The translations under genes were made by a program, and so were the position numbers. From contig CAVXWZ010000001.1 of the NCBI GenBank assembly GCA_963765575.1, forward strand, positions 224,001 through 288,000: 64,000 bases of DNA. Reading direction: 5' to 3'. Position 1 is the stretch's first letter. Each line of letters begins with the position of its first letter. Positions 17,761 to 29,872 of the stretch are shown one piece after another. The notes under the pieces are model-generated. The model was not told the DNA's origin. It was given only the letters and a program-made list of their open reading frames with translations, and did not search any database. This DNA is from an uncultured cyanobacterium (GTDB lineage: Bacteria > Cyanobacteriota > Cyanobacteriia > PCC-6307 > Cyanobiaceae).

Positions 17761-20700
17761 CAGTATTCAGGCTGGGCCACGAGGATGGGGAACAGGCGCT
17801 CCACTTCTGCGGGGTCTTGCAGCACACCGAAGAGAGCCGCCTTGATCAGCTGCTCTTTGGCCTGGACACCACGCCAGCCATCGGGCCTGACCTGGCGAAC
17901 GGTGCTGTCGATGCGGAGCGCCAGCTCCAGATTGCCATTCAGGTTGTTCCAGAGTGCTCGTTTCCCAGGCGTATCCAGTTCGGTTGGCGTGTTGTCGTCT
18001 TGTCTGCTGGTTGAGCTGGCGAGCCAAATCGGCAACACGACGAAGGTACTCCTCGTAGGCCTCAGCCTGTTGTTTGCGGAAGTGGATGATTTCAGCAAGA
18101 ACCTGCGACATACGGTCGTAGAAGGCCGGATCATTGGCCCGCTCGCTGATGATCGTGCGGCGGATGTTGTTTTCGATTGTTTCGGCCACAGCCTTGCGGT
18201 TGCGAGGCCCCCTTGCCAAACTGCTGTCTGAATGGCTTCTGCAACGCCGGTCTTGATGATCAGCTCCAGCAGGCCGATGTCGTCAAAAGCTGAGATCTTT
18301 CTCGGCAGATCAGCCTCTATGTAGGAGTCAATCAGATAGCGCATGTCGGCCTCGTAGGCCTTGAGATCGAGGTTTTCGCCCGCCGCAAGGCGAATCACCT
18401 GCCTCCACTCCAGTGCCTTGTCCCGCTGTCGGGTGATCCGGTTGGCTTCTGAGGCGGAGTATCCCGCCTCTGAAAGCTCATTGGCCAAGGCTGCATAGGC
18501 CCGGGTGAGCTCGGCCACGGCCTTGTAGTAAGCCATCCGCAGGGGTTCACGCTCCTGCAGATCGTCCGGACACTCCGTGTTGCCGCAGAAGTGATGCAGA
18601 ACAGCCAGCTCATCCATCGGAGGCGGCACGGGCTCGGCGAGCAATGCCTCCTGCTCCAGGGCTTCCTCCAGCCGCTGCTTCGCCTTGGTGAGCCGGTCCT
18701 GGAGAAGCACATCGGGATCAGCCCCGCCTGCTGAGCGGTCCAGCTCATCGGTGGAGTACACGGCAATGGCGTTCTCGACTTTCTTGAACAGGTCTTTGTA
18801 ATCAACGATGCAGCCATAGGGCTTGTCGTCGCCATCGAGGCGATTGGTGCGGCAGATGGCCTGGAAGAGGCCGTGATCCTGCATCGACTTGTCGATGTAG
18901 AGCACACTGCAGGAGGGGGCATCGAAGCCGGTGAGGAGCTTGTCGACCACGATCAGCAGCTTCATCTGAGCCGGCTGATGTGATGAAGCATTGCTTGGCC
19001 TGCTCCTCATAGGCCTCGGTGCGGGTCATTCCCGGCTGGGCGGCAATGCCATCGAGAAGGGTGGTGTAGGTGTTGTAGATGAACTGCTTATCGGTTTCGG
19101 TGTTGGCACCCACTTCTTCCCTGGTCACGTCTGCTGCCTTGGGGTCATAGGAGGTGATCACGGCACATTTGCCCTTGAGTTCGCTCTGGTTGAACAGCTC
19201 GAAGTAGCGGCAGGCCTCGTAGATACTGGAGGCCACCAGGATGGCATTACCGCGCTGACTGGCCAAGCGGGGTTGCACGGAAAAGTCGAAGAGCACATCG
19301 GCCACGATCCGGTTCATCCGTGCCTTGGAGCTCAGCACGTTCTGCAGCGTTCCCCACTGACGCTTGAGCTCGCGTTGTTGCCAGGGATTGAGGCCGCCGT
19401 CTTGGCATCAAACCACTGGTCCACCTTCGTCCTGGGAGCTGAGGCGTTGATCGATGTCACGGGCTTCGTAGACCAGATCGAGCACCACCTGGTCTGCCAC
19501 GCCTTCGCTGAACTTGTAGGTATGGATGTAGCCGCCGAAGACCTCCAGGCTGGTGGCTTTGTCCTTCTTGAGGAGGGGAGTGCCGGTGAAGCCAATGAAG
19601 ACGGCATCGGGCAGCAGCGCCTTCATGACCCGGTGCAGCTTGCCGCTCTGGGTGCGGTGGCACTCGTCGACAAAGATGAACAGCTCACCGACGGCCGGGC
19701 TGGGTTGCGCCTGGAGCTGCTCGAGGAAGGCCTCGAAGTCGTCGACGCCGCGCACACCGAACTTGTGGACCAGGGAGCAGAGCAGCCGGGGTGTGGGCTG
19801 GCCCAGGGCCTGCATCAGATCCCGGCCGCTGCTGCTGCGCTGGATGGTTTCGCCCGCACCACCGAATACACCTTCGATCTGCTTGTCGAGCTCATCGCGG
19901 TCGGTGATGACGCACGACCCGGGCATTGGGGTTGTTGGCAAGGATCCAGCGGGCCAGCAGCACCATCACGATGCTCTTGCCGCTGCCCTGGGTGTGCCAG
20001 ATGATGCCGCCACGGCGCTCATGCACATGCTGCTGAGCGGCCTTGATGCCGAAGTATTGATGCACCCGGGGCAGCTTCTTGATGCCGGCATCGAAGAGAA
20101 CGAAGTCACGCAGCAGCTCGATCAGCCGTTCCTTGCGGCAGATCTTGATCAGGTACTTGTCGAGCTTGGGGCGGCTGTTGTCGGCTTCGTCTTCCTTCCA
20201 GGTGAGGAAGTATTTCTCCGGTGTGAGGATGGCGCCATAGCGCAGGCCCTCGGAGTCATTGCCGGCAAACACCAACTGGTTGGTGGCAAAGAACCAGGCG
20301 TTGAACTCGGGTTGCTGGTTGGAGAGGTTCTGGCGGATGCCATCACCGATGCTCACCCGGCTGCGCTTGAGCTCGATCACGCCGACGGCAATGCCGTTCA
20401 CGTAGAGCACCAGGTCAGGGCGGCGCTCCTTGGGGCCCTTCAGGGTGACCTCTTCGGCAATGGCGAAATCGTTGGCGTCGGGTGTGTGCCAGTCGATCAG
20501 GGCCACGGTGCTGGTGGGTTGATCAGCGGCAGCCTTCACCTGCACCCCATAGCGCAGCAGGGAGTAGACCCTGCGGTTGGCCTCATACAGCCCCACCTGG
20601 CTGATGTCGGCAGCCATCCGGAGCTGATAGAGGGCTCCGCTGATCTCCGAGGGGCTGTAGCCGCGACGCTGGAGGTAGCCGCTGAGGATCTCCTCCTCGA

Positions 20701-20809
20701 TGTTGCTGTTGCCAGCGCGGTCTTTCCAATCGCCCAGGTAGCGATAGTTCAGTTCCTCATGGAACAGCTTGACGATGCGGTTCTGGGTGACCCGTTCCGG
20801 CGTGCTCAT
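17760..20809 (-). CDS. hsdR: Type I restriction endonuclease subunit R, several frameshifts
   Basis: RPDLVLYVNGIAVGVIELK; IWHTQGSGKS; FVDECHR; GFTGTP; VVDKLLTGFDAP; QAICRTNR, spread over several frames. Confidence 0.95.
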
Positions 20810-20976
20810 GCAGCAGCTGGGGGCTGCGGGGCATCAGGCCCCTGCAGCTGGGCCTTGCCGTCCTGCCAGGTCACCACGTACTGGCCAAGACGGCGCTTGC
20901 GCTCCAGCTCGGCGGCCACGGCCTGCTGGAGCGCCACGAGGATCTGCTGATCACTGGGGGAGAGGGCGGGAGTCAT
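20806..20976 (-). CDS. Small hypothetical protein (56 aa), type often found after zeta-like AAA genes
   Basis: Manual: MTPALSPSDQQILVALQQAVAAELERKRRLGQYVVTWQDGKAQLQGPDAPQPPAAA; ATGA overlaps at both ends. Confidence 0.7.
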   Translation of the reverse strand: MTPALSPSDQQILVALQQAVAAELERKRRLGQYVVTWQDGKAQLQGPDAPQPPAAA

Positions 20977-21300
20977 CGGGCGAGCTCCAGGAGCTGGGCA
21001 TAGAGCGAGGGATCGAGAATGACGCGCTCGGCTCCGCTCTGGGAGAAGATCGGCGCCGGGTTGGGTCCGCCGTTCATGTTGCAGAGCACGTGGTTCACCG
21101 CTGGGGCGTAGGCGTTGAGCAGTAGCTGGAGGCTACGGGGAAAGCGGCGCCGCAGCACGGTTTCCGGCACGTTGTGCCCACCGTGGGCCACCCGCTCGGC
21201 CACGCGCAGGATCGAAAGCTCCAGGGAGGGGAGGGCGAGATAGATCAGCTCCACCCGCCAGCCGCAGGAGCGCAGGCGGTGGATGAGCGGCGGACAGGTA
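20973..21300 (-). pseudogene. C-terminal half of a zeta-toxin-like/COG4185 P-loop ATPase, joined to the upstream gene
   Basis: GWRVELIYLALPSLELSILRVAERVAHGGHNVPETVLRRRF; no N-terminal Walker A visible. Confidence 0.75.
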
Positions 21301-22420
21301 GCCGGTGCCGGTGCCGAGGCGTTCGATGTACTGGGTGAGGTAGAGGGGTTCGGCAAGCAGGGGATTGGCGGGGATGGAGCCATGGGGCTCGGCGTAGCTG
21401 GGCGAGGCTGAGGGAGGGTGGCAGGTTGCCGGGGTTCCACACCTCCACGCGATCGGCGAACACCATCACCTGCACGGAGCCGTTGCTGGTGTAATCGCGG
21501 TGGGCGACGGCGTTCACGATCGCCTCGCGGATCACTTCAGGCGGGATCTCGTAGGCGGCGGGGGCCTGGGTGGAGGCGGCGCGGGTGCCGACGGCAAAGC
21601 TGAGGCGGGCGAGCACGAAATCCACCGCCTGATCCACCAGCTCGAACACGGTGCCCTTGAACACCTGATAGGAGGGGATCGGCTTGGCCACGGCCGTGCC
21701 GTGGAAGTGGGCGGCCTTTACCTCGCTGCTGAGCAGGAAGCGCTGGGGCTGACGCCCGAAAAGGAGCACGGCGGCATTCACGGGCTGGCCGTTGTCGATC
21801 AGGTTGAGGTGGCTGAGCAGCTCGCCGGGAGAGGCGTTGGGCGGCAGGGGGAAGCCGCGCACCTGGCGGGCCCGGTCGATGAACCAGGCCATGCGCACGG
21901 CATCGAGATCCGCGAGGGAGGCCTGGGGGCAGGGGGAGGCGTCGAAGGGGCCGCTGCGGATCAGCTGGCGATCCTCGAGCCATTGCACCAGGGCGGCATA
22001 GAGGCCGGCGATCAACTCGGCGGTGGTGGCGAAGCGGCGCCGCACCAGGGAGGCCTCGGCCTGGCGGATCAGGGCGAGCATGCGCGGATCGCGGCTGGTG
22101 TCGTCGGCGGCCTTGAGAAAGATCAGGCGGGTCTTGCCGCGGTCGCCGGCCCGCTGGAATTCCCGCTCAGTTGGGGAGAGGCCTTCGGCATCGACGCTGC
22201 CGTACTCACTGCCGAAGAGGCCCACGTAGATCTCGCACCGGGCCACCAGATGCAGGTAGAGATCATCGGCGCGGCGGTCGCTGGCGGGGAGGTCCTCGAA
22301 AAGCACCGGCTCGAAGAAGCGCCGCAGCAAGGGATCTCCCTGGAGGAAGTCACGCAGGGCCAGCCGTTCGGTCGCGAACTCCTTCTGCACGCTGCTGAGA
22401 AAGATCGCGTGGAGGGTCAT
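21301..22420 (-). CDS. DUF4062 domain plus RecG-C/HATPase_c_4-like domain protein, frameshifted, C-terminus replaced
   Basis: IFLSSVQKEFATER, YVGLFGSEYG, SPTEREF; IREAIVNAVAHRDY, DRVEVWNPG, NPLLAEPLYLTQYIERLGTG. Confidence 0.82.
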
Positions 22421-24387
22421 GGAGCCAATGGCTCAAGGCTGAGGATCTCCCGCTCCACATAGGCCCGGAAGGCGGACGGCGAGGTGAAACAGCGGAACCC
22501 GGCGGCGCTGGCCAGGGCCAGGGTGGCGGGCTCTTCGTTGAGCAGCACGGCCACGGGCTGGCTGAGCTCCTCCTGGATGCCGGCGGGCCAGGCCAGGTCG
22601 AACACGGCGCGCTGCTCGCCGGTGGCCGGATCGGCGAAGTCGTAGGCGAGGGTGCCAAGGGGGAGGGACTGATCACCCATCCAGGCATTGAGACGGATCA
22701 GCTCGGCTTCTTCCTCCTCGCTGGTGATGCCGCCCACGGTTTCAGTGGCTGGATGAGGCACAGCGGCCGCGGGGCCGGACAGCCAGCGGGTGTCGCCATG
22801 GAGCAGCTCCTCCAGCCGGGCGTTCACTTCGGCTGCCAGCAGGGCCTTACGGGCCTCCAGGAAAGAGCGGAAGTTCTCGAGCTTCCAGAGCTCGGGATCC
22901 GGCGGGATCCACTGGGAGGCAAGGGCGCCGGGATGGGCAGCCTCGATCTCGGGGAAGTACGCCTCCGGCAGGCGATCGAGGATCTTGATGTTGGTGTCTT
23001 TGGTGAGGAAGCAGAAGTTGGCCAGGGCGTTGACCTCCGGTCTGCGGTACCCGGCCTTGTAGAGCTGGGCCTTCGGGAAGATGTGATGCACCTCCAGGCG
23101 GCTCATCTTGCCGAGCATGCCGGCCTTGAGCGGCAGTCCGGTGCCCCAGTCGCGGGCCTCGCCCATGCGGGTGAGCAGATAGAGCACGGGGTAGAAGCGG
23201 GCGCCGAGGCTCCAGCCGGTGAAGTGCCCGGGTTCAACCCGCAGCCCGCCATGCCAGAGGCGCAGCTGCTCCAGCAGGCGCTCCAGCCCGGCGCCTTCGC
23301 CTTCGAGGGCAGCGAGATCCTGATCGATGAAGGATTCGGTGGAGCCTGAGAAGCGACCCCACATGCCGGCCTGCACGAACCAGAACAGCAGCCGGTCGCG
23401 CTCCACCTCATCCATGGGGCCGCTGCGCTGATCGAGGTAGCGAACCATCACGGGGATGCCGAACCGCCCGAAGAACACCTGGTCGTGATCGAGGCCGAGA
23501 CGGCCGGCGATCAGGTTGAGGCAGGTGTCGATGTGCCTGGTGGCGCGCTTGAGGGCGTCCTGGATTTCGGGGGTGCTCTTGTCGTGCAGATAGAGGAACT
23601 TGGCCTCGCCGGTGAGCACCGTGTTCACCGAGCGCAGCAGCCAGTCGAGGTTGAAGCTGTAGCCGTGATCGCTCCACTCCTTGAGCTTGGCCTTCATCGC
23701 ATCACGGCCCTCCGGCCAGTCGGCGCAGATCTTGGCGAGGGCCAGGTCGCCCTTGGAGAGCTTGGTGCCGCCACTGTTGACGCGGTTGAAGATGTCCACC
23801 ACCACGTCGAGGGTCTTGTCGGCGCCGGTGACTTCTTCGATGTGGAGGTCAATCTCTCTGATGCCGAGGAGACTGGCTGAGATACGGCTGATGAATACTC
23901 TGACCTGGCGGCCAGCTGCCAATGCGCTCTATCCGCAACTCAAGGCTTCGATCAGCTGCTCGATGGCCGGCCTGCCCATGACTCAGCAGGTTGTCACATC
24001 GATCCAGAGGGGATCGTCCTTCATCTTCACCGGCTGGTAGAAGGCAAAAACCTCCTCTCCGAGATGGAAGCGGAGGCCGGTGAAGGCCTGGGCATTGCCA
24101 TCGAAGAACTTGGGAGGCTTGCCGCGCACCACGCCATAGAGGGAGGTCATGCGCTGCTGGCCATCGAGCAGCAGCTTCACCACACCAGCCGCCAGCGGGC
24201 CATCACCGCGATGGGTGGCGGTATGCGACTCTGTGGCCCAGACCAGCAGGCCGCCAACGGGATGGCGTTTGTAGAGCGAATCGAACAGCCCGCGCACCTG
24301 ATCGCGATTCCAGACGTAGCCCCGCTGGAACTCGGGCAGGGCCATGTGGCCGCTGTCGATGTGGTCGAGGATGGTGGAGATCTTCAT
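22417..24387 (-). CDS. DUF262 plus HNH-like (GmrSD-type) protein, frameshifted near 23900-24000
   Basis: LPEFQRGYVW, LLDGQQR, IFNRVNSGGTKLS; LEVHHIFPK...NALANFCFL. Confidence 0.88.
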
Positions 24388-25619
24388 GTCAGGCGGATCT
24401 TGCCGGTGAGGAGCTGTTGCATCATTCCTTGCTTGAGTGCACGATCTTTCTCGAGCCTTGAGCTTCAATGCGTCCAGCTCGGCATCCATTTCGGTAAGGA
24501 CTGCTGGCGATGGCATTTTGCTCGGTCGATTGATGGAACTGAATCTCAATCCGCTGAACGTCTTCTGTGATTGAAAGTGTTGACTAGTATCCTGCTGGCC
24601 GCATAGCTTGACAATGGCCTGCTGATGCGTCTAGCCAGTGAAATAAAGGTAAATTCGATCGACTAGGATCGCTGCTGGACGTATTCCAGTATTGCCTAGC
24701 TGTGCTGATTCACGTACTGCCAGGCTGCACTTTGCCAACGAGGCGACGATGCCGACATGATAGCTCGCCGGCGAAATCGTCTGCGGCGCAGCTCGTTAGC
24801 CGCTAAATCGACAGTCTTCGGCTGTAGTCGTCGGAAGATAAATTCGTCGCTTCGTCATGTCCGATTAGAAACCCATGGGATATCCCCTGCGAAATGTCGT
24901 CTGTCGCTAGTTGGCTTGGAGTGCCTCCGATTTAGCATTTTCTGCGACATCTCCCCAACCTCTTCACCTCCCACTCCCCCTCAAACCCCGGCAGCCGCCG
25001 CTTGCCGGTGAGCAGCTCCTGCATGGCGGCCTGCTTGATGTTCCGCTTCTTTGTGATCAGATTGATCAAGGTCGCTCGAGCAGCGAATCCACATCGCTTA
25101 GCGCCATCAGCTATTGAGCTCTGTTCCTTCGTGATTGGGGTGCGACGTATTGCGGCATCTTCGAAAAACTCTGTATTCACAAGTGAGTCTGGCTTACTGC
25201 CATCGTCAATGCTCACGAGAATGCGGTTTCAGGTTGCAGGATGCTAGAACAGATATTTCGGAGTTAGCTGCGATATCGTAATGCGCATACCCGTGTGGTT
25301 GACCGCGTAGCTATTCTCCGCTTCCACGAACTAGGCCTTGAGCTAACGGCGTTCGACCACTGGGAAGTCGCTCATCACCGTCAGAACAGTCACCTTCGCG
25401 TGCAGGCCTGAAGTCGCATCTGTGAATCACTGGCGGCACACTTCCCGCCAGTTGCAATGATACTTGGAGTTCACGCATCATATGCTTCCGTATCAGCAGA
25501 TGAATTGCTCGTGTGCTCTTCCACTAGCGACAAACGCAAGCTCTGCGAGGAGCTTCAACATCCCAATCCTCCGGGATCACCCCCACCTCCGTCTGCTTGT
25601 AGCCCGGCTTCAGTTCCAT
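24384..25619 (-). CDS. hsdS: Type I R-M specificity subunit S; TRDs heavily disrupted in this sequence
   Basis: MELKPGYKQTEVGVIPEDW; KKRNIKQAAMQELLTGKRRLPGFEGEW; C-terminal QQLLTGKIRLT. Confidence 0.9.
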
Positions 25620-28019
25620 GCGAACCCCATCCGCTCCAGGTGCCCGGCCACCCGCGCCTCTAGTTCCTCCACTCGTGCGCTGATCGCCGGTAGGGCCTCG
25701 CCGTAGCGCTCGCCCAGCTGTTTGAGGCGGCTGGTGAGGGCCTGGCTCACCCGTTCCACTTCGGCGGCCACCGCCTGCTCCAGGCTGGCCAGCCATTTGC
25801 CCTGCACCACCAGCTCGCGCACCTCGGCTTCCGTGAGGCTGTCGTAGCGGCCGTAGGCCTGGTCGTCGAGCTCGGCTTCGGCGGCCTTGAGGGCCTTCTT
25901 GGTGGCGGCCTCCTCGTCGCTCAGCTCCAGCCATTCCCGCAGCACGGCCAACTCCTCAGCGGCTTCGGGATCCTTCCTGATCTCCTTGATGCGGGCGTTC
26001 ACGGCGGCCTTGTTGACCTTGTCCAGCTCGCTGAAGGCGCCCTCCTCGCCGCCGTGCTCCTCCTCCAGCTCCGCCAGGCGGCTGCTGGCCTCCTCCAGCT
26101 GGGCGCGCAGGGCCTCGATCATCTCCAGATCACCGGCAAACAGCTGCCGCACCAGCAGCTCCTTGGGCACCAGGTCGCAGGCCCAGCCCTTGTCTTTGGT
26201 CTTGCCCTTCTTGTCGGTCTCCAGCACCCGGTAGGGCTCGGCGCGCCAGCCCTCGGCGCTGATCGCATACACGTCGTCCTGCATCGTCTCGGCCCACTGG
26301 TCGAGCAGCAGCTGGTACACGGCGTAGGCATCGATCAGGGGCTGGCCCTGGTAGTGGGCCAGCAGGCCCTCGCTCAGCTCGCGGATCACCGCCTTGGGGT
26401 GGCAGCCCGGCTCCAGGGCCAGCAGCTGGGCTGCCGCCTGCTGCCGCCAGGCCGCAAAGTGCTCGGCCATCCCCGCCAGGAAGCCGGCGAACTGGGGATG
26501 GGCGGTGATCGTGGCCTTCAGCTCCGCCGGCGGCACCGCCAGCTCCAGATAGCCGGGCCGCAGCGGCCGGAACAGGGCCTCGCGCAGCTGCGGGCACACC
26601 TGCCAGTAGGCCTCCAGGGCGTCGATGTCGCGCTCGGGGATGCCGCCGCGCAGGTGGGCCTCGATGTCCTGCAGGTCTTCCGCTTCGCTGAACTGTCGAT
26701 GTAGCGGGGCAGGTTGAGGTTGTAGTCGTGCCCGGCGATCTCCTCGTTGCGCACGAAGCGCGAATAGCCGGGCACCTCCAACTGGCGGGTGAACACATCC
26801 ACGATCTTGTGGATGTCGCGCTCGCGCAGGCGGTTCTTGGGGCCGTCCTTGATGAAGCCCTTGCTGGCATCCACCAGGAAGATGCCCTCGCGGCTGCCGG
26901 CGTCGCGCTTGTCGATCACCACGATGCAGGCGGGGATGCCGGTGCCATAGAAGAGGTTGGCCGGCAGGCCGATGATGCCCTTGATCAGCCCCCGCTGGAT
27001 CAGGTTCTTGCGGATCTCGGCTTCGGCGTTGCCGCGGAACAGCACGCCGTGGGGAAGGATGCAGCTGCCCCGGCCCGTGCTCTTGAGCGTGCGCACGATG
27101 TGCAGCAGGTAGGCATAGTCGCCCTGCTTGCTGGGCGGCATGCCAAAGCCCTCGAAGCTGCCGTAGTACTTCGTCGGCATCGAGGCCTGTGCTCCAGCGT
27201 TTGTCGGAGAAGGGCGGATTGGCGACCACGAAGTCGAACTGTTTGAGCTGATCGCCCTCCGTCAGCTTCGGGTCTGCAATGGTGTTCCCCTGCCAGATCG
27301 TGGCGGTGGGGTTGCCGTGCAGGATCATGTTCATCCGCGCCAGGCCGCTGGTGGCCGCATCCTTCTCCTGGCCGTAGAGCGTTACCGGCGTGCGCGCCTG
27401 GGCGGCCACTTTCAGCAGCAGCGAGCCAGATCCGCAGGTGGGGTCGCAGACCGTGGTGTCGGCGGAGGTGGCTTCCTTGTCGATCTCCAGCACCTGGGCC
27501 TTGATGCGGCTCACCTCAGCTGGCGTGTAGAACTGCCCTTTGCTCTTGCCGCTTTCGCTGGCGAAGTGGCGCATCAGGTATTCGTAGGCATCGCCGAGGA
27601 TGTCGTCGTCGTCAGCCCGGTTGCGTGAGAAGTTGAGCTCCGGCTTCTCGAAGATGGCGATCAGGTTGGTGAGCCGCTCCACCAGCTCCTTGCCGCTGCC
27701 GAGCTTGGCCTGGTCGTTGAAGTCGGGAAAGTCGCTCTGGCTGAGCTGCTGGTTGGCCGCCACCAGCGGGGCGATGATCTTCTTGTTGATGTCATCGCCG
27801 ATCTCCGCCTTGCCCTTGAGGGCCACCATGTCGGCAAAGCCGGCATCCCTCGGGGATCACCAGCGGCGCATAGGGCTGGCCGGCGTACTTGTCGCTGATG
27901 TACTTGAGGAACAGCAGCACCAGCACATAGTCCTTGTACTGGCTGGCATCCATGCCGCCGCGCAGTTCATCGCAGCTGGCCCAGAGGCTCGAATACAGCT
28001 CGGATTTACGGATCGCCAT
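25610..28019 (-). CDS. hsdM: Type I R-M methyltransferase subunit M, about three frameshifts
   Basis: LWASCDELRGGMDASQYKDY; GQFYTP; DPTCGSG (motif I); NPPF (motif IV); LPHGVLFRG. Confidence 0.95.
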
Positions 28020-28022
28020 GGT

Positions 28023-29872
28023 TCAGGCGGCCTCCCCTTGGGCGCTGGCCAGCAGGGCTGGGGGGATGTCCTCCAGCCAGCCCTGCTGTGACAGCTGCTC
28101 CAGCCGGCGGCTCAGTTCTTGGACCTCCAGGCTCAGGGCCACGCTCTCCTGCTCCAGGGCCTCGGCCCGATGGAGCTCGCTGGGGTGGGGGATCACGACG
28201 GGCAGGCTCTTCACTTCGCCCATGGGCAGAAAGGCCACTGCTGTTCCCTGACCTGCCTTATTCAACAGGGTCTGTCCCACGGCACTGCGGAGATACTGCA
28301 CCAGGGCGGCTGGGGTGAGCGGGGCATTGGGCCGCAGGCGGACCACGCAGAATGCCTGGCCGGGCACTGTGGGGTGCTGGAGGTCCTGAACCACGGCCAC
28401 CTTGCCGAGGCCGCCCTTGATCGACAAGAGCACATCTCCCGGCTCCAGCAGCTGCTGTCGTCCCTTGGCCAAGGCAGCCTCCGGCAGCCGGATCCGCTTG
28501 GAGCCTTGGCGGAGCTGGCCGGAGTCGTCAATGTCGCCCGGGAGTGACCTCCCGAACCTCGATGCCGTCGTCCTCCTGGCGGCCAAGGGAGGCCACAGGC
28601 CTTTTGATCTCGGCCAGATCACCCAGGTGCATCGTTGTCCGTGATTCCAGATAGCGCTGCAACATCCGGTCTTCTTCTGTGAGGAAGTAGCGGCTCACCT
28701 GGAAACTGAAGCCGTTTGCCTCCAGTTCCTCGGCCGGGATCAGACGGGCACATGAGCCTTCACCTCTCAGTTGAGGAGTTGGGCGAGTTCCTTGCACCCG
28801 GTTGGATTCCAGCTCTGCTTTGTATTTCTAGCCTTCGTCGGGGTTAGCAGATCGTGGGCCGAAATCATCTGAATGGGAGCGCCAACAGCGCGATCCTGCT
28901 TGAGGACCAACAGCAATCCCTCGAGGTTGGTTCCTGCATGGGCCCCAGAAGGCAGGGAAATCACGGCATCCAGCCAATTCTTCTTCAATAACTCCTCGCG
29001 GAAGTACTCCAGATCTTTGGAAGTCCGAAAGCCAATTCCTGGAGACATCAGGGCATAGGTGGTGCCACTGCAGCGCTGATGGGCGGCAAAAACCCTTCGC
29101 GCTTCGCTGTCTCTGATTGCCGAGGGGCAGTCGAGCGGTGATGGCGGCAGCCAAGGGTCGTCGATCAGCAGTTCACGCGTTCGCGCTCCCCAGGGTGGGG
29201 CGGCGATGGCAACAGGCCATTGGTCCTGATCCGCGATGGACTGCAGTTTCACCTCTTGCGGATAGAGGCTGAGCAATCCCAGAACCCAATGAGCCTGCGA
29301 CGGATTTGCTGAACTCAACAGCAGACCATGGTCCATCCCCAGGAAAGGGGCTGCTGCCACTCCCATGGGGAAGAGGCAGGCCACTGGAGCCCAGGATGAA
29401 TGGCCAGCAGGGCTTCCCAGAAGCCGCCCATGGAAGCAGAGCATTCCAGCTCCCCACCATGCCGATCGCTGGCTTTCAGCTCCGAGATCGCTTCGATCAC
29501 GGCCTTGCACTGCAAGCGGTCACCACTGTTCAACGCTCTCCCGACTGGCAACAGGGTGCTCCTGAGTCGCTCAAGAGATTCAGGCCCGAGTCGATCCGTC
29601 GCTGCTCCTGGAGGCCAAGACATTGCGGAACGTTCAGCGATGGTCTTATGGATGGAGTTCCATTCATTTGCGTTAGCCAAGCTGCGCATGGAATCGAAGT
29701 AACCGACTAGATCCCCATCGGAAGCTGGAACCCAGCGGGCCCAGAGCAGCACATCCAGCACGGCCTCCAGGGCCTGATCTGCAGGAAGGGCGCCTCGGAG
29801 CTCATCGCAGGCCTCCCAGATCGGCTTCTCAACGCTGGCCCGGCTGATTGCATTCGACGTCATGGTGGCCAT
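28023..29872 (-). CDS. HsdM-HsdS-like fusion with degenerate methyltransferase motifs, frameshifted
   Basis: IWEACDELRGAL; APPWG in place of NPPF; FREELLKKNWLDAVISLP; EELEANGFSFQVSRY; TRD-like LLEPGDVLLSIKGGLGKVAVV...VKSLPVVIP. Confidence 0.8.
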
